From positions 112,211 through 176,210 of IMG/VR virus record IMGVR_UViG_3300034082_004296: a DNA stretch of 64,000 nucleotides, one strand, 5' to 3'. The notes under the pieces were generated by a model that saw only the letters and a program-made list of their open reading frames with translations, was not told the origin of the DNA and made no database searches. A program made the position numbers and the translations under genes. Within the stretch, counting starts at the first letter, position 1; the number at the start of each line of letters is the position of its first letter. Below are positions 40,822-50,607 of the stretch, in pieces. The DNA comes from a virus.

Positions 40822-41288
40822 TGGAAAGAATAGACGAGTTTTATAATGGGGCAGGAATGCCTTCAAAGGACTTTGCAAGAGGCCTGCCTTTCTATGGAAC
40901 CAAGGGTGACTTTAACTTTACAACAGGCAAGAGCCAATTTACACCAGGAGTATCAATCAAGCAGTCTCCATTAACCGACATGTCAGTCAAAGGGGATCCA
41001 GGAGTATCCCCATTCGATTCACAAATAAGTAAACTAAGATTTTATTTCAAACCTGGAGATAGGGTCAGAGGTATTGTAATTAACTCTCAAATTAATTCAG
41101 AAAATGGTAAAGTTATAGTAGGGAAATTAGATAAGATCGTTCCTAACTATTCTACCAATACTATCCGAGCATGGATAAAAAATCCATCCACTCTTGAGTC
41201 TACTGAGATTTATATTGACACCATTGAAAGAATCTATGAGAGCACATCCGCTCGAGCTCTAAGTTTTTCTCAATTCATTAATTCATAA
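40821..41288 (+). CDS. SH3-like protein with C-terminal capsid-targeting-like tag
   Basis: FKPGDRVRG SH3/KOW-like segment; ends IYE-STSARALSFSQFINS. Confidence 0.55.
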   Translation: MERIDEFYNGAGMPSKDFARGLPFYGTKGDFNFTTGKSQFTPGVSIKQSPLTDMSVKGDPGVSPFDSQISKLRFYFKPGDRVRGIVINSQINSENGKVIVGKLDKIVPNYSTNTIRAWIKNPSTLESTEIYIDTIERIYESTSARALSFSQFINS

Positions 41289-41351
41289 GCAAGTAATCAC
41301 CAGTTAGAACCAACTGTCGTTTTTTGTATATAAGATAAAAAACCATTTTTT

Positions 41352-42344
41352 ATGCAATTAAACGGAATCGATGATGAAGAAGCAGCTCGCTTTCTAGATG
41401 AACAGGATAGGATACACGGTGTAAACACAATTAAGGTTGAGGAAACTACTGTGGAACCCGCGCCAAAGGCATTAGGTCAGATTAGGGGATATTCTGAAAC
41501 CCCCGAGCTCTCTGCTGCAGGCGAGTCTTCATGGAAGCTATTGGACCTGCGATCATTACCTTCATTGGGATTATTCTACCCTGAAGGAACTGAACTCCTA
41601 TTAAGATCAGCCAAGACCAAGGAAATTCGCCATTGGTCCACTATTGATGAAAATGACCCATTAGACGTTAGGGAAAAAATCAATTTTGTGCTAAATGCAT
41701 GTACCAAGATCAAGGTTCCTGGAGGAAGACCTCTAAACTTTAATGATTTCTTGGAGGTAGACAGATATCATATTCTATTTAGAGTCTATGAACTCACCTT
41801 TCCAAACCAAGAGAATAAACTTTGGGCAAATATCCAATGTGAAAAAGATTCATTTGTTACTCGAACTCAAGTATTGAGTGCCAACCTAAAGGGTTTCCAG
41901 TATCCTGAAGAGCTAATGAAGTGGTACTCTGATGAGGATCGATGCTTTAAAATAGTTTCTGAAAGACTGAATGAAACTTTCTATATCTACTTGCCTACTA
42001 TCGGAGTTGAAAATAAGTTTAGGCTTAAAAAGCAGGAGGACCTCAGTAAAGGAGTAGAAATAGACGAAGCCTTCTATGAGACCGGTCCATATTTGATTAG
42101 AGATTGGCGACAGCTCAGTAGTTCAGTTCTAACTGAATTAAAGTTTAATTCGACTAGCTGGCCCGAAAACAAATTTGTTTTTATTCATAAGTTTACTAAA
42201 CAGTTAAAGGACGCAAGCCTAAACAAAGTAATCAGCATATGCGATAAATGTAAAGACACGACGGAGAGCCACATTTTTTTGGAAGGAAGCTTCACTGTCA
42301 AAGATATTTTCATTATTTCAGCTGGACTTGATGAACTTATTTAA
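41352..42344 (+). CDS. Baseplate hub/tail assembly protein (T4 gp26-like)
   Basis: LPSLGLFY, VDRYHILFRVYELTF, C-terminal CDKC. Confidence 0.65.
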   Translation: MQLNGIDDEEAARFLDEQDRIHGVNTIKVEETTVEPAPKALGQIRGYSETPELSAAGESSWKLLDLRSLPSLGLFYPEGTELLLRSAKTKEIRHWSTIDENDPLDVREKINFVLNACTKIKVPGGRPLNFNDFLEVDRYHILFRVYELTFPNQENKLWANIQCEKDSFVTRTQVLSANLKGFQYPEELMKWYSDEDRCFKIVSERLNETFYIYLPTIGVENKFRLKKQEDLSKGVEIDEAFYETGPYLIRDWRQLSSSVLTELKFNSTSWPENKFVFIHKFTKQLKDASLNKVISICDKCKDTTESHIFLEGSFTVKDIFIISAGLDELI

Positions 42345-42546
42345 GCTTAATAAAGACTTGGCAGTGAAGCTTAACCAATCGTTTGATACTCTATATGAGA
42401 TGGAATACATGGAGTATTCCATACTCCTAAACATAGTCAATGAGGAGATCGATAAAAGGAACAATCCAGATGACGTATTCTCTAATCTAATGAATTCAAA
42501 TCAACCAGTAAAGGTCAATCTTCCGGATGGTTTGAAACTTAAATAA
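42331..42546 (+). CDS. Small baseplate hub assembly chaperone-like protein
   Basis: LYEMEYMEYSILLNIV pattern; overlaps the end of the gp26-like gene. Confidence 0.5.
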   Translation: MNLFKLNKDLAVKLNQSFDTLYEMEYMEYSILLNIVNEEIDKRNNPDDVFSNLMNSNQPVKVNLPDGLKLK

Positions 42547-42566
42547 ATAATAAAAAATTCTACATT

Positions 42567-44333
42567 TTGAGTGTTGCTGCATATGTACGGGAAGCTAATC
42601 TAGGGATCCAAAAAGAGATACAGAAAAAACTTGATTATGCTAAAGCTCATCCTTATCCAACAGATGAGCTGAAGGAAGCAATCAAAAACAAAAAGAAATA
42701 TAAAGGATATCAGCTAGCGATCGCAGATCTTTTTGGAATATACTCACCAACTGGTCAAATAGGGGATGATCCAAATACTCTCGATCCTGAAAAGCTTAAT
42801 GCTATCAAGGAAGGGGCCGAGAAAATAAGCCCAGGTCTATGGATCAGGTTACAAGAAGGTCAAATCGGTCTAAACAAAAAGGCCGAGATCGAAGAGTACT
42901 TAAATAATATCAATCCGGAGGCCGAAATCACTGAGGAGTTTGATAAGTTCTATTCGGCAATCCTAAAAAAACAAAAAGAGGATCCAAAAATAACTTTTGA
43001 TCAGGTCTTTGCTTCAGGAGTAGACGATATTTTTGTAGACAAGTTGGGGATTTTATATAGGATCTACATCAATCTAAATTCATTTGGCGCAGATGGATTA
43101 GTAAAGGCGGCATTTAAGGAATTATACGATAAAAAGAAATCTCCAATCAAGGAATCTACTATTGAAAAACCAAAGCCACTTACAAGTTCAGCGATAAATG
43201 AAAAATCAAATGAGAATACTGTTCAGGAAAAACCAAAGAATCAGTCTACTTCAACGATTAATGAAAAACCTAAAACTGAGAATACTGAGATAAAATCAAC
43301 AACCCAAATTAAATCAGGCGGTGCAATCAATGAAAAGACTTCTTCAACCAAGGAACCTACTTCTATCACTAGCTCAGAAGGGTCACTTACCTCAAAAAAG
43401 GTGGAGGTTGCCGAGGAAAAACCAAAAGTTGAGGAAAAAGAGAGCACGGCAATCAATATAAACATTGAGAACAAAAAACCAATAGTTTCAGCTGAATCAA
43501 ATAAGGAGAAAGAAGGAAGCTTTTTTAACATATCAGGCGGGTCAACCATAAACAATATTGAATCAAACACAAATACGACTAGTAGTAATCCATCAACCTC
43601 CGAGTTAATAAAGCTAGGCGATAATAAAACTGATAATACTACAAACAATGAGATTAACTACTCAAGATATGAAGGTAAAGAAGGTAAAAAGAAGGGAGGA
43701 TTTTTATCAAAGTTAGGAAAGTTTGCAGGTCAAGCTGGTGATTTCCTAAATTTGCCATCAACTGGCGAGCTTGGAAAACAAGCTAAAGAATTGTTTGGAG
43801 TGACCACTTCTAATTTTGAGTCTAGGGTTTCTGAGATCAAGGAATCTTTTGCTAAAAATACAGTAAACTCTGAAGATAAGTATGGCACTAAACCTGAACA
43901 GAGAAGAAATAAAGACGGCACTTTTATAAACACTTCTAGTAATTCTAATGAAAGTAACGTAAATAACAAGACTTCGTCTAATGTTGAAAAGTCTGAGAGT
44001 TTTTTCAATGTTGGTACTGAAAATAAGAGCATGATAAATGTAGAACAAAACAAACCGGCGATCGTCAAAGAAAAAATAGCTTCTAATAATGAGCCTGCCG
44101 CATCAACATCTAGTTCAATGTCATCGTCTACTAACACTACGAATACTGCTTCAAATACTGTGATCGCCAAACCCTCTAATACAAATCAGCCTCTATCAAA
44201 TAGCACAGAATCGCAATCCAATTCTTCTTCGAACCAGCCAGTTGTCGTTGATTTAAACCAATTATCTCAATCAATCAATAGATTAGAAAGAATATTAATG
44301 AGCGGCATTGAAGTAACAATAAAAGAAACATAA
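42567..44333 (+). CDS. Low-complexity S/T/N/K/E-rich virion protein (tape-measure/hub-like position)
   Basis: TTG start after late box 42542-42550; follows hub chaperone genes; repeated INEK. Confidence 0.5.
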   Translation: MSVAAYVREANLGIQKEIQKKLDYAKAHPYPTDELKEAIKNKKKYKGYQLAIADLFGIYSPTGQIGDDPNTLDPEKLNAIKEGAEKISPGLWIRLQEGQIGLNKKAEIEEYLNNINPEAEITEEFDKFYSAILKKQKEDPKITFDQVFASGVDDIFVDKLGILYRIYINLNSFGADGLVKAAFKELYDKKKSPIKESTIEKPKPLTSSAINEKSNENTVQEKPKNQSTSTINEKPKTENTEIKSTTQIKSGGAINEKTSSTKEPTSITSSEGSLTSKKVEVAEEKPKVEEKESTAININIENKKPIVSAESNKEKEGSFFNISGGSTINNIESNTNTTSSNPSTSELIKLGDNKTDNTTNNEINYSRYEGKEGKKKGGFLSKLGKFAGQAGDFLNLPSTGELGKQAKELFGVTTSNFESRVSEIKESFAKNTVNSEDKYGTKPEQRRNKDGTFINTSSNSNESNVNNKTSSNVEKSESFFNVGTENKSMINVEQNKPAIVKEKIASNNEPAASTSSSMSSSTNTTNTASNTVIAKPSNTNQPLSNSTESQSNSSSNQPVVVDLNQLSQSINRLERILMSGIEVTIKET

Positions 44334-44334
44334 T

Positions 44335-44574
44335 ATGGAAAAAATTTTAAAAGATCAGTTACATAGTTTGTATCTAACTTATTCTGCAATAACTTCGCAG
44401 TTTAAAAGAATAGAACAGGAAGCAGTTAGGCTTGAAGAGGAGAGAAAGACAGTTAGTGAGATACTTCATACTGCTCGAGAACAGGAGAAGGATGTAATAA
44501 ATAAACTAGAAAAAGAACTAGATAAAACGTTAACTCCAAACGATATTCTTGAAATAATTAAACAGTATGAATAA
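44335..44574 (+). CDS. Small coiled-coil protein
   Basis: 79 aa, helical. Confidence 0.55.
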   Translation: MEKILKDQLHSLYLTYSAITSQFKRIEQEAVRLEEERKTVSEILHTAREQEKDVINKLEKELDKTLTPNDILEIIKQYE

Positions 44575-45355
44575 AGACACGATATATCGAATCCTTGGTA
44601 CTATCATGTCAGGCGTGATCGTTGTTCTTCTCATGAAGAACTGCGAGCTTCAAAAGGGATACGATCGTGAGATTGATCAGCTTAAAAAATCGATTATTGC
44701 CTCTGACAAGCTTACAAAGGAAGCAGACGGTCGATACGCAAAATTAGTAGATTACTATGCTAGTGAAAAAGATCTATTAAACGATCTAAAAAAGAATAAT
44801 CGAGAGCTTTATCAAGAGATCAAAAAACAGGACGAGAAGTTGTTAAGCATAACTAGTTCAATAATATCCCTAGATGAAAAAGTCGTTCAGGGATTTGGTC
44901 AGACTGATCCTGTCGATACTAATCGATTGAATCTTTCCCTAAGATATCCTGATGAAAAGGATCCCTTTGTTTTTTGGGACGGATGGATAAACAAAAATAC
45001 CGCTGCATATCGAGGAACGTTTTCCTTTGGTAAACTTCCAATAAAAGTGGTTCTTACTGAAGAGTCTAGAGGCTTATGGAAGAGTCGAATCATTGGACCC
45101 GAATGGTTGAAAGTAGATTCATTATCAATATTAAGCATTCCACCAGAAGAATATGTTGTTGCAAAACCTAAAAAAGTACAATGGCTAGTTGGCGGCTCCT
45201 ATATGTATACTATGAATACTAACCTCCAAGGAGTGGGAGTAGATATTGGCCTAAGTCTTTTTGATCGACATAACCTAATGCTAGGAGCAACTACATTAAA
45301 CCAAGTAAGCGTTAGATATGTATATAAGATTAAGACACTTAAAAGAAAAAAGTAA
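44567..45355 (+). CDS. Membrane-anchored coiled-coil protein with C-terminal amphipathic beta strands (spanin-like candidate)
   Basis: N-terminal TM ending LLMKNC, coiled coil, C-terminal QWLVGGSYMY...VGVDIGLSL...VSVRYVYKI; late box 44496-44504. Confidence 0.5.
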   Translation: MNKDTIYRILGTIMSGVIVVLLMKNCELQKGYDREIDQLKKSIIASDKLTKEADGRYAKLVDYYASEKDLLNDLKKNNRELYQEIKKQDEKLLSITSSIISLDEKVVQGFGQTDPVDTNRLNLSLRYPDEKDPFVFWDGWINKNTAAYRGTFSFGKLPIKVVLTEESRGLWKSRIIGPEWLKVDSLSILSIPPEEYVVAKPKKVQWLVGGSYMYTMNTNLQGVGVDIGLSLFDRHNLMLGATTLNQVSVRYVYKIKTLKRKK

Positions 45356-45357
45356 GA

Positions 45358-47346
45358 ATGGCACAAAGTAGATTCATAAACATATCGTCTTACTGTATTG
45401 CAGAATACCAGTTTGAACAAATAGGCTCTCTTAATTTCTACAATGAGGATTTTATCTTTGTTGAAAATGCGATTACAGGAGGTCATCAAATATTTAATAC
45501 TGACGCTTCATATAATACTTTGAAGAATATTAGAGACTTGTCAGTCGTTCCTATCGAAAACAACACTTATGTGTATCTAGATAGCGAAAAGGTTCCAAAT
45601 TACCTTAATTATAATCCTCAGTTTACATCATCGACTCTATCCGGATATAATGTGGTAATGGATAGAGTGAGGTTTCACTTTGTATCAGGTTTTGACTTCG
45701 ATAACTTTAAAGCTCTAATCTTATCTGTAAGTAATCCTGAGAATAACGGAACAATCAATATTTTTGCAAACATACTTGTTGCGCCTGAAACTATTTCTGA
45801 ACTCATAATATTCAATCCCAAACCTCTTTTTCTCTCAAACGCAGTATACGATAGATACATCGACGTTTACATACCTTCTATAAAGAACATAAATGAGGAT
45901 TTTGTGACTGCACCAGTACCAGCCTTGACTTTTGCTGCGGCAATTACGCCAAGCCCAAGTGGACCTTCTGGTCTAGTCTATAACAATCCCATAACTTTAT
46001 CTCTACTTGAGTGCGGAACCAAAAAACCAATCTTTACTAATACTTCAATGATCTATGATTCATATGAAGTTTCGGAAGTATACACGGCAACTGTTTCGCA
46101 GACTAATGAGTTTAATAACGTTGGAGCCTATGTGAATCAAGCTGTGCTTGGAGATTATCTAGAATTTTATCTTACTTTTAATTCAGCCTTTCCTGGAGAG
46201 TTAATATCTATATTAAACCGAAGAAATCCAGTTGACGATTGGATCATAGTTCACCAGTTAAGTGTATTTGAACAAGTAGGAACTGCTTTTATCAATACTG
46301 CAAGGCTAGTGTTTTTCCAAGAAGACTCATATGATGAACCAAATGTTTTTAGACCTGTCCTTAAATATGCTCATGAAGCAATCAGCATGTCAGTCGACTA
46401 TATCGCGCGATTGACTAATCGAAGAAATGGCGAACAGATAATTAGGGAAGCTTCATTTAACCTAGTTTCTCCGAAAAAATATGGAAGAAGCCTGATAAAC
46501 TTACCTCTACTTGATAAACCACAATCCCAAAAAATATACAATAAGATCGTTAAGAATAACTTTGAAGCGACTTCACTTTTTATTGAGCCGACTCCCATTA
46601 GTAAGCAAAGTGTCATTACTCCATCAGTACCAACGCAAGTTACTGAAGTTGTTCGTACAGAATTTGTGCCAATCTTTTTTAATAACAATAACATTTCAAT
46701 ATCTAACGTTAATTCAATGATTAAGTCAACTGATTCTTCTGAGGAAGTTGTGTTTGGTCCTGGAAAGTTACGATTTATCTTGTCGCCGTTTGATAATATT
46801 CTTAAATTAAAAGTATTTACTGAGGCTGCTTTGGCAAATGCTGAAAATCCACTAGTTCCTTTAGATCTAAACGTGAATGCCGCAAAATACCGACTAGTTT
46901 TTGAGACATCGTCAGGTAAAGTATCAATCGATAACGTAAACGACTCTAGTCAGGAAAACCTATCGACTGGCCAAATAACATTCAATATAGCTAAAAAAGA
47001 GAGCGAGTCTGTGACCAACTCAAAAAATAAGACAGTGTATATAGTGTCGGTTTCCCAAGACGGCCGTGAGACATTAATGTATACTGGAGAGTGGAGAAAG
47101 CCTAGCGAACAGTCAGATGTTGATGCTGCAATTGCTCAAGCAAAAGCAGATGCCGCTGCTAAAAAGGACCTAACTAAGATACTTGGTGGAATCAAGGACA
47201 GACTATCATTGATTACTAAATTGGATCTTGCAAATAAAGTTGATGCTAGTTCTACAGTGAAGAGCAAAGGAGAAGCTCCTATCGTGAACAGGTTCGGTGT
47301 AGCCGGATCAAAATCGATACGGACAAACGGTTCTAACTCTAAGTAA
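45358..47346 (+). CDS. Putative virion structural protein
   Basis: 662 aa, beta-rich, in late cluster. Confidence 0.5.
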   Translation: MAQSRFINISSYCIAEYQFEQIGSLNFYNEDFIFVENAITGGHQIFNTDASYNTLKNIRDLSVVPIENNTYVYLDSEKVPNYLNYNPQFTSSTLSGYNVVMDRVRFHFVSGFDFDNFKALILSVSNPENNGTINIFANILVAPETISELIIFNPKPLFLSNAVYDRYIDVYIPSIKNINEDFVTAPVPALTFAAAITPSPSGPSGLVYNNPITLSLLECGTKKPIFTNTSMIYDSYEVSEVYTATVSQTNEFNNVGAYVNQAVLGDYLEFYLTFNSAFPGELISILNRRNPVDDWIIVHQLSVFEQVGTAFINTARLVFFQEDSYDEPNVFRPVLKYAHEAISMSVDYIARLTNRRNGEQIIREASFNLVSPKKYGRSLINLPLLDKPQSQKIYNKIVKNNFEATSLFIEPTPISKQSVITPSVPTQVTEVVRTEFVPIFFNNNNISISNVNSMIKSTDSSEEVVFGPGKLRFILSPFDNILKLKVFTEAALANAENPLVPLDLNVNAAKYRLVFETSSGKVSIDNVNDSSQENLSTGQITFNIAKKESESVTNSKNKTVYIVSVSQDGRETLMYTGEWRKPSEQSDVDAAIAQAKADAAAKKDLTKILGGIKDRLSLITKLDLANKVDASSTVKSKGEAPIVNRFGVAGSKSIRTNGSNSK

Positions 47347-47417
47347 TCAAATATAGAAACACCACCGAATAATTAACGATTTATTGAGATAAATAAAAAA
47401 AAATAATAATTCACGAA

Positions 47418-49010
47418 ATGAAAGGCTTCGTAGACAAAATATTAACTGAACTTAAGACTAATACTACTCTTAAATCAGAACCACTAGTAAAACTTTTAAC
47501 TGAATCGATTGATAAATCGATATCATTGGGTGAACCGACTCCAGTAATCTATAATAATATAAAGAGCGGGTTAACTTCAATTAATGCTAAAGTTAAGAGC
47601 AAAAAATTAACTACTATTCTAGAGCAGTTTAAAAAAATTGAAACTACTCCTGAATCACAAACTGCGATCATTGCTAAAAAAGCAAAACTTTCTGAGAAAT
47701 TAAAAGCTATTCGTGAATCTAAGTCTGGTACAAACCCTATCGTACTTAATCAAGTAGAATTATTTGAATCTTACCTAAATAACGGTACTCCTGATTTTGC
47801 ACTATGTGAAGGATTTATCCAAGCATTCTCAAAGCATAAATACGATTCAGCAATTAAGACGCAAATTGCCAAAGTTGAAAAATATCTAAATGAAAACAGA
47901 TCAGAGGTATTGTTTTTAAATACGATATACTCAATGGATTCGATGCAAAGCCAACAGTATTCTACTGTAAGTTCAGACCTTAAGCAAATGTTGCTTTCTG
48001 AATCTTATACATCAGACATACTTAAGCTTAAATATGGAACGTCTGTTCCTCTAGTAAATCAATTAGTTAATGACTTACGATTGATTGAGTCTCAAACGTT
48101 GGGATACTTTACTTTGGGTGAGGGAGATTCTTTCACGAACGTGACGAACCTGATCACACCTGCAACTAAAGCTAAGGACGGGATGATTATTTATATGGAT
48201 AATCGATTTGTTTCAATCCGTGAATCCAGAGGATTAACTGGTAAGGAGACAAAGGTACACGTAGATGGTCAATTCAAGATTGCAGAAGTTGATCCTAACT
48301 ATATTAAAGAAAAATTTCCAAGATTCTATAAAGTTTCTGAGTCATTTGCCACACTAGGATTTAAAAAGAACTTAGATGGAACAAGTGTAGATTCTTCAGC
48401 AATCAGAAACTTTAATATTAGCTTCAAGACAAATGAAGAAAAAGAACTTGATCTTTATTTGAATGAATCTAAGGTTTCTAACCTAGATGAGATTAATCTA
48501 ATGGAAGCCCTTTCTTTAGAGAGCGGTGAAATTAAGAACAAGGTTGTGACCTTGTTTGAGAACTCAAATAATCTTTTTAACTTTGATTTCATCAAGGAAT
48601 TAACTAATGACCGAACATTAAGTGAAGCATTTGTTCTTAAGTTGAACAGTGAGTTTTATATCTGTGAAAAATTAAATGCTGCCGAAAGAGAATGGAAAAA
48701 AGTAGATGAGTACGAATTATACGAGTTTTGTATGACTAAATTCAACTATGATATTAGTCCAATATTTAAGACTAAGATCGATGAAAAGATTGAGTCATTT
48801 AAAAAGATTGAGGATCGTAAAAATGCCATCTCAATTGATATTACTAAGCTTGAAGAGACAATGGAAAAACTTCAAAAAGCAATCTCTAATCCTGATCTTG
48901 ATTCAGAAGCAGTTAAGAAACTTACTGGAATTAGAGAATCTATTGAAACTTCCATCGTTTCTCTTAAGAATGATTATGTTGGACTAGATTTATTTAAAAG
49001 AGACATATAA
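47418..49010 (+). CDS. Putative prohead core/scaffold-like protein
   Basis: Late box 47388-47396; helical; many [LIV]xE[SA] sites (LTES, IRES x3, LFES, LSES, LIES, VSES, LNES, LMEA, LSEA). Confidence 0.55.
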   Translation: MKGFVDKILTELKTNTTLKSEPLVKLLTESIDKSISLGEPTPVIYNNIKSGLTSINAKVKSKKLTTILEQFKKIETTPESQTAIIAKKAKLSEKLKAIRESKSGTNPIVLNQVELFESYLNNGTPDFALCEGFIQAFSKHKYDSAIKTQIAKVEKYLNENRSEVLFLNTIYSMDSMQSQQYSTVSSDLKQMLLSESYTSDILKLKYGTSVPLVNQLVNDLRLIESQTLGYFTLGEGDSFTNVTNLITPATKAKDGMIIYMDNRFVSIRESRGLTGKETKVHVDGQFKIAEVDPNYIKEKFPRFYKVSESFATLGFKKNLDGTSVDSSAIRNFNISFKTNEEKELDLYLNESKVSNLDEINLMEALSLESGEIKNKVVTLFENSNNLFNFDFIKELTNDRTLSEAFVLKLNSEFYICEKLNAAEREWKKVDEYELYEFCMTKFNYDISPIFKTKIDEKIESFKKIEDRKNAISIDITKLEETMEKLQKAISNPDLDSEAVKKLTGIRESIETSIVSLKNDYVGLDLFKRDI

Positions 49011-49111
49011 TGAGATTAATCATAATAATTTTGACCGTTTTGATCTTAGTATCATGCACAGGCTCTAAGAAAGCAACATGTGATGCCTATTCAATGAACT
49101 CGGAAAAATAA
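49010..49111 (+). CDS. Small lipoprotein (33 aa), missed by the ORF track
   Basis: MRLIIIILTVLILVSCTGSKKATCDAYSMNSEK*; TAATG coupling to upstream gene; LVSC lipobox. Confidence 0.7.
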   Translation: MRLIIIILTVLILVSCTGSKKATCDAYSMNSEK

Positions 49112-49121
49112 AAGACCCTTC

Positions 49122-49379
49122 TTGAAAAAAATACTTTCTTATTCAGAATATTTAAGCGACTCTCTAAAGGAGTCGCTTGATCCATTTGTAGAAAAAAGAT
49201 CAAAGTTTAGAATAGGTGACCAAGTAAAAGTTAAGGATCGAGTAGGTAAGGTGACAGCAATCGATAAAAAGCACTATCTTGTCCTAATTCAAGGCAAGAA
49301 TGAAAGAGTCGCTGAAGACCAAATCGAAGAGATGGGTCCAATAAAGAAAAAGAAACAGCCGACTAAAAATAAAAGATAA
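49122..49379 (+). CDS. KOW/SH3-like basic protein with capsid-targeting-like tag
   Basis: TTG start, MKKILSYSEYL...LKE; FRIGDQVKVKDRVGKV. Confidence 0.55.
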   Translation: MKKILSYSEYLSDSLKESLDPFVEKRSKFRIGDQVKVKDRVGKVTAIDKKHYLVLIQGKNERVAEDQIEEMGPIKKKKQPTKNKR

Positions 49380-49402
49380 AAGTTTTATTTTTGAGTTTTT
49401 CA

Positions 49403-49411
49403 TAGTATAAT
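49403..49411 (+). promoter_or_regulatory. Putative -10 element TAGTATAAT
   Basis: Upstream of 49431; same motif as 37242. Confidence 0.45.
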
Positions 49412-49430
49412 AGCTAAAAATTATATTATT

Positions 49431-49706
49431 ATGAAAAATTCAGTTGTAATCGGCCCGATCCAAAAGGCCAAGCCAGTAACAGAGCGTGCATCTATCCTAG
49501 ACCAGCGCTTGTCTAAGATGAAAGTAGGAAACTTTTTTGAAGTTTCAGGTCTCGCTACTAAAAAAGATATTCTTAATTTTAGAGCATCAATCAGTTATTT
49601 TTCCAAAAAGAACAATGTTCAGGTCTCAACTATGGTGACCAATGGAGTTCTTAAGGTACAAAGAGTAAAATCTATCAAAACTAAAGAAGTATCCAGAGTA
49701 AAATAA
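49431..49706 (+). CDS. Small basic putative DNA-binding protein
   Basis: 91 aa, Lys/Arg-rich, LSKMKVGNFFEV motif. Confidence 0.45.
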   Translation: MKNSVVIGPIQKAKPVTERASILDQRLSKMKVGNFFEVSGLATKKDILNFRASISYFSKKNNVQVSTMVTNGVLKVQRVKSIKTKEVSRVK

Positions 49707-49723
49707 TCAATAAATACTTTTAA

Positions 49724-50524
49724 ATGGATACTCGAATAGATTTTAACACAGCTAAAAAGTTTGATCAACTTGAACTGATCGATTGGAAAACAAAATACGG
49801 AGATTTTCAGTTCTATATTCGTAAGGGACTAAATGAGATTAAGTATAATGTTGGCACAAACGTATCAAAAAGCCCAAAGAGCGGAGAATACATCAAGCCT
49901 CTTACCTCAGCTGCATACGGTCCTGAAATGGATGTAAATGCAGTTTTTAACCAGGAAGATACTTGGTTGGATATTGGCGGACATATCGGACTTTTTGCTA
50001 TACGAATGGCTCGACAGTTTCCAAAAATCAAAGAAGTCGTGGCATACGAGGCACTACCTCACAATGCATCATTTGCCTTGGAAAACATCAAGATAAATGG
50101 TGTAGATTCAGAGTGTAAAGTAATCCAAAAGGCAATCGTTCCAGGAGAGGAAGAGACAATTGATTTCTTTATCTCTAACGATTCTGGAAAGCACTCAATA
50201 CTTCCTATTCGAGGTAGAGATATTCTACATGTACCTGCAATTAACATCAATGATGCTATTTCCACTCATGGAGCAACTGCAATCAAGATGGATGTTGAGG
50301 GAGCCGAGTATGAATTGCTAAAGGCTGTCACAGATTGGTCTAATATTAGGGTGCTTATCATTGAATACCATTTTATGTATAAGCCACTTAAGACAAACCG
50401 AGTTCAAAAGTTTCAGGAAATAGTTTCAATCCTTGAAAATAATTTTGATGTTGTTCGTAAGATCGAGGCAGTTGAGTACGGTAAGAATTTTATCACTCAC
50501 ATTGTTGCTCTTAAAAATGATTAA
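49724..50524 (+). CDS. FkbM-family SAM-dependent methyltransferase
   Basis: WLDIGGHIGLF, VAYEA, IKMDVEGAEY, LIIEYH. Confidence 0.9.
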   Translation: MDTRIDFNTAKKFDQLELIDWKTKYGDFQFYIRKGLNEIKYNVGTNVSKSPKSGEYIKPLTSAAYGPEMDVNAVFNQEDTWLDIGGHIGLFAIRMARQFPKIKEVVAYEALPHNASFALENIKINGVDSECKVIQKAIVPGEEETIDFFISNDSGKHSILPIRGRDILHVPAININDAISTHGATAIKMDVEGAEYELLKAVTDWSNIRVLIIEYHFMYKPLKTNRVQKFQEIVSILENNFDVVRKIEAVEYGKNFITHIVALKND

Positions 50525-50537
50525 GATCAAATAATTT

Positions 50538-50570
50538 AAAAAAGGGCATCTAACTAGGTGCCCTTTTTTT
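50538..50570. terminator. Intrinsic terminator, potentially bidirectional
   Basis: A6-GGGCATCT-AACT-AGGTGCCC-T7 hairpin. Confidence 0.85.
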
Positions 50571-50607
50571 ATTTAAAACCTCACAAACGACTTTAAGTAA
50601 ATATTAT

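Noticed and set aside
42232-42546. Possible programmed frameshift joining the gp26-like gene to the next ORF at ATT TTT TTG (42273-42281)
   Set aside because: The downstream frame is +1 rather than the usual -1, it has its own ATG at 42331, and T runs are common in this AT-rich DNA
43241-44170. Long antisense ORFs (also 58476-58715 and others)
   Set aside because: Shadows of low-complexity sense genes; no independent coding signal
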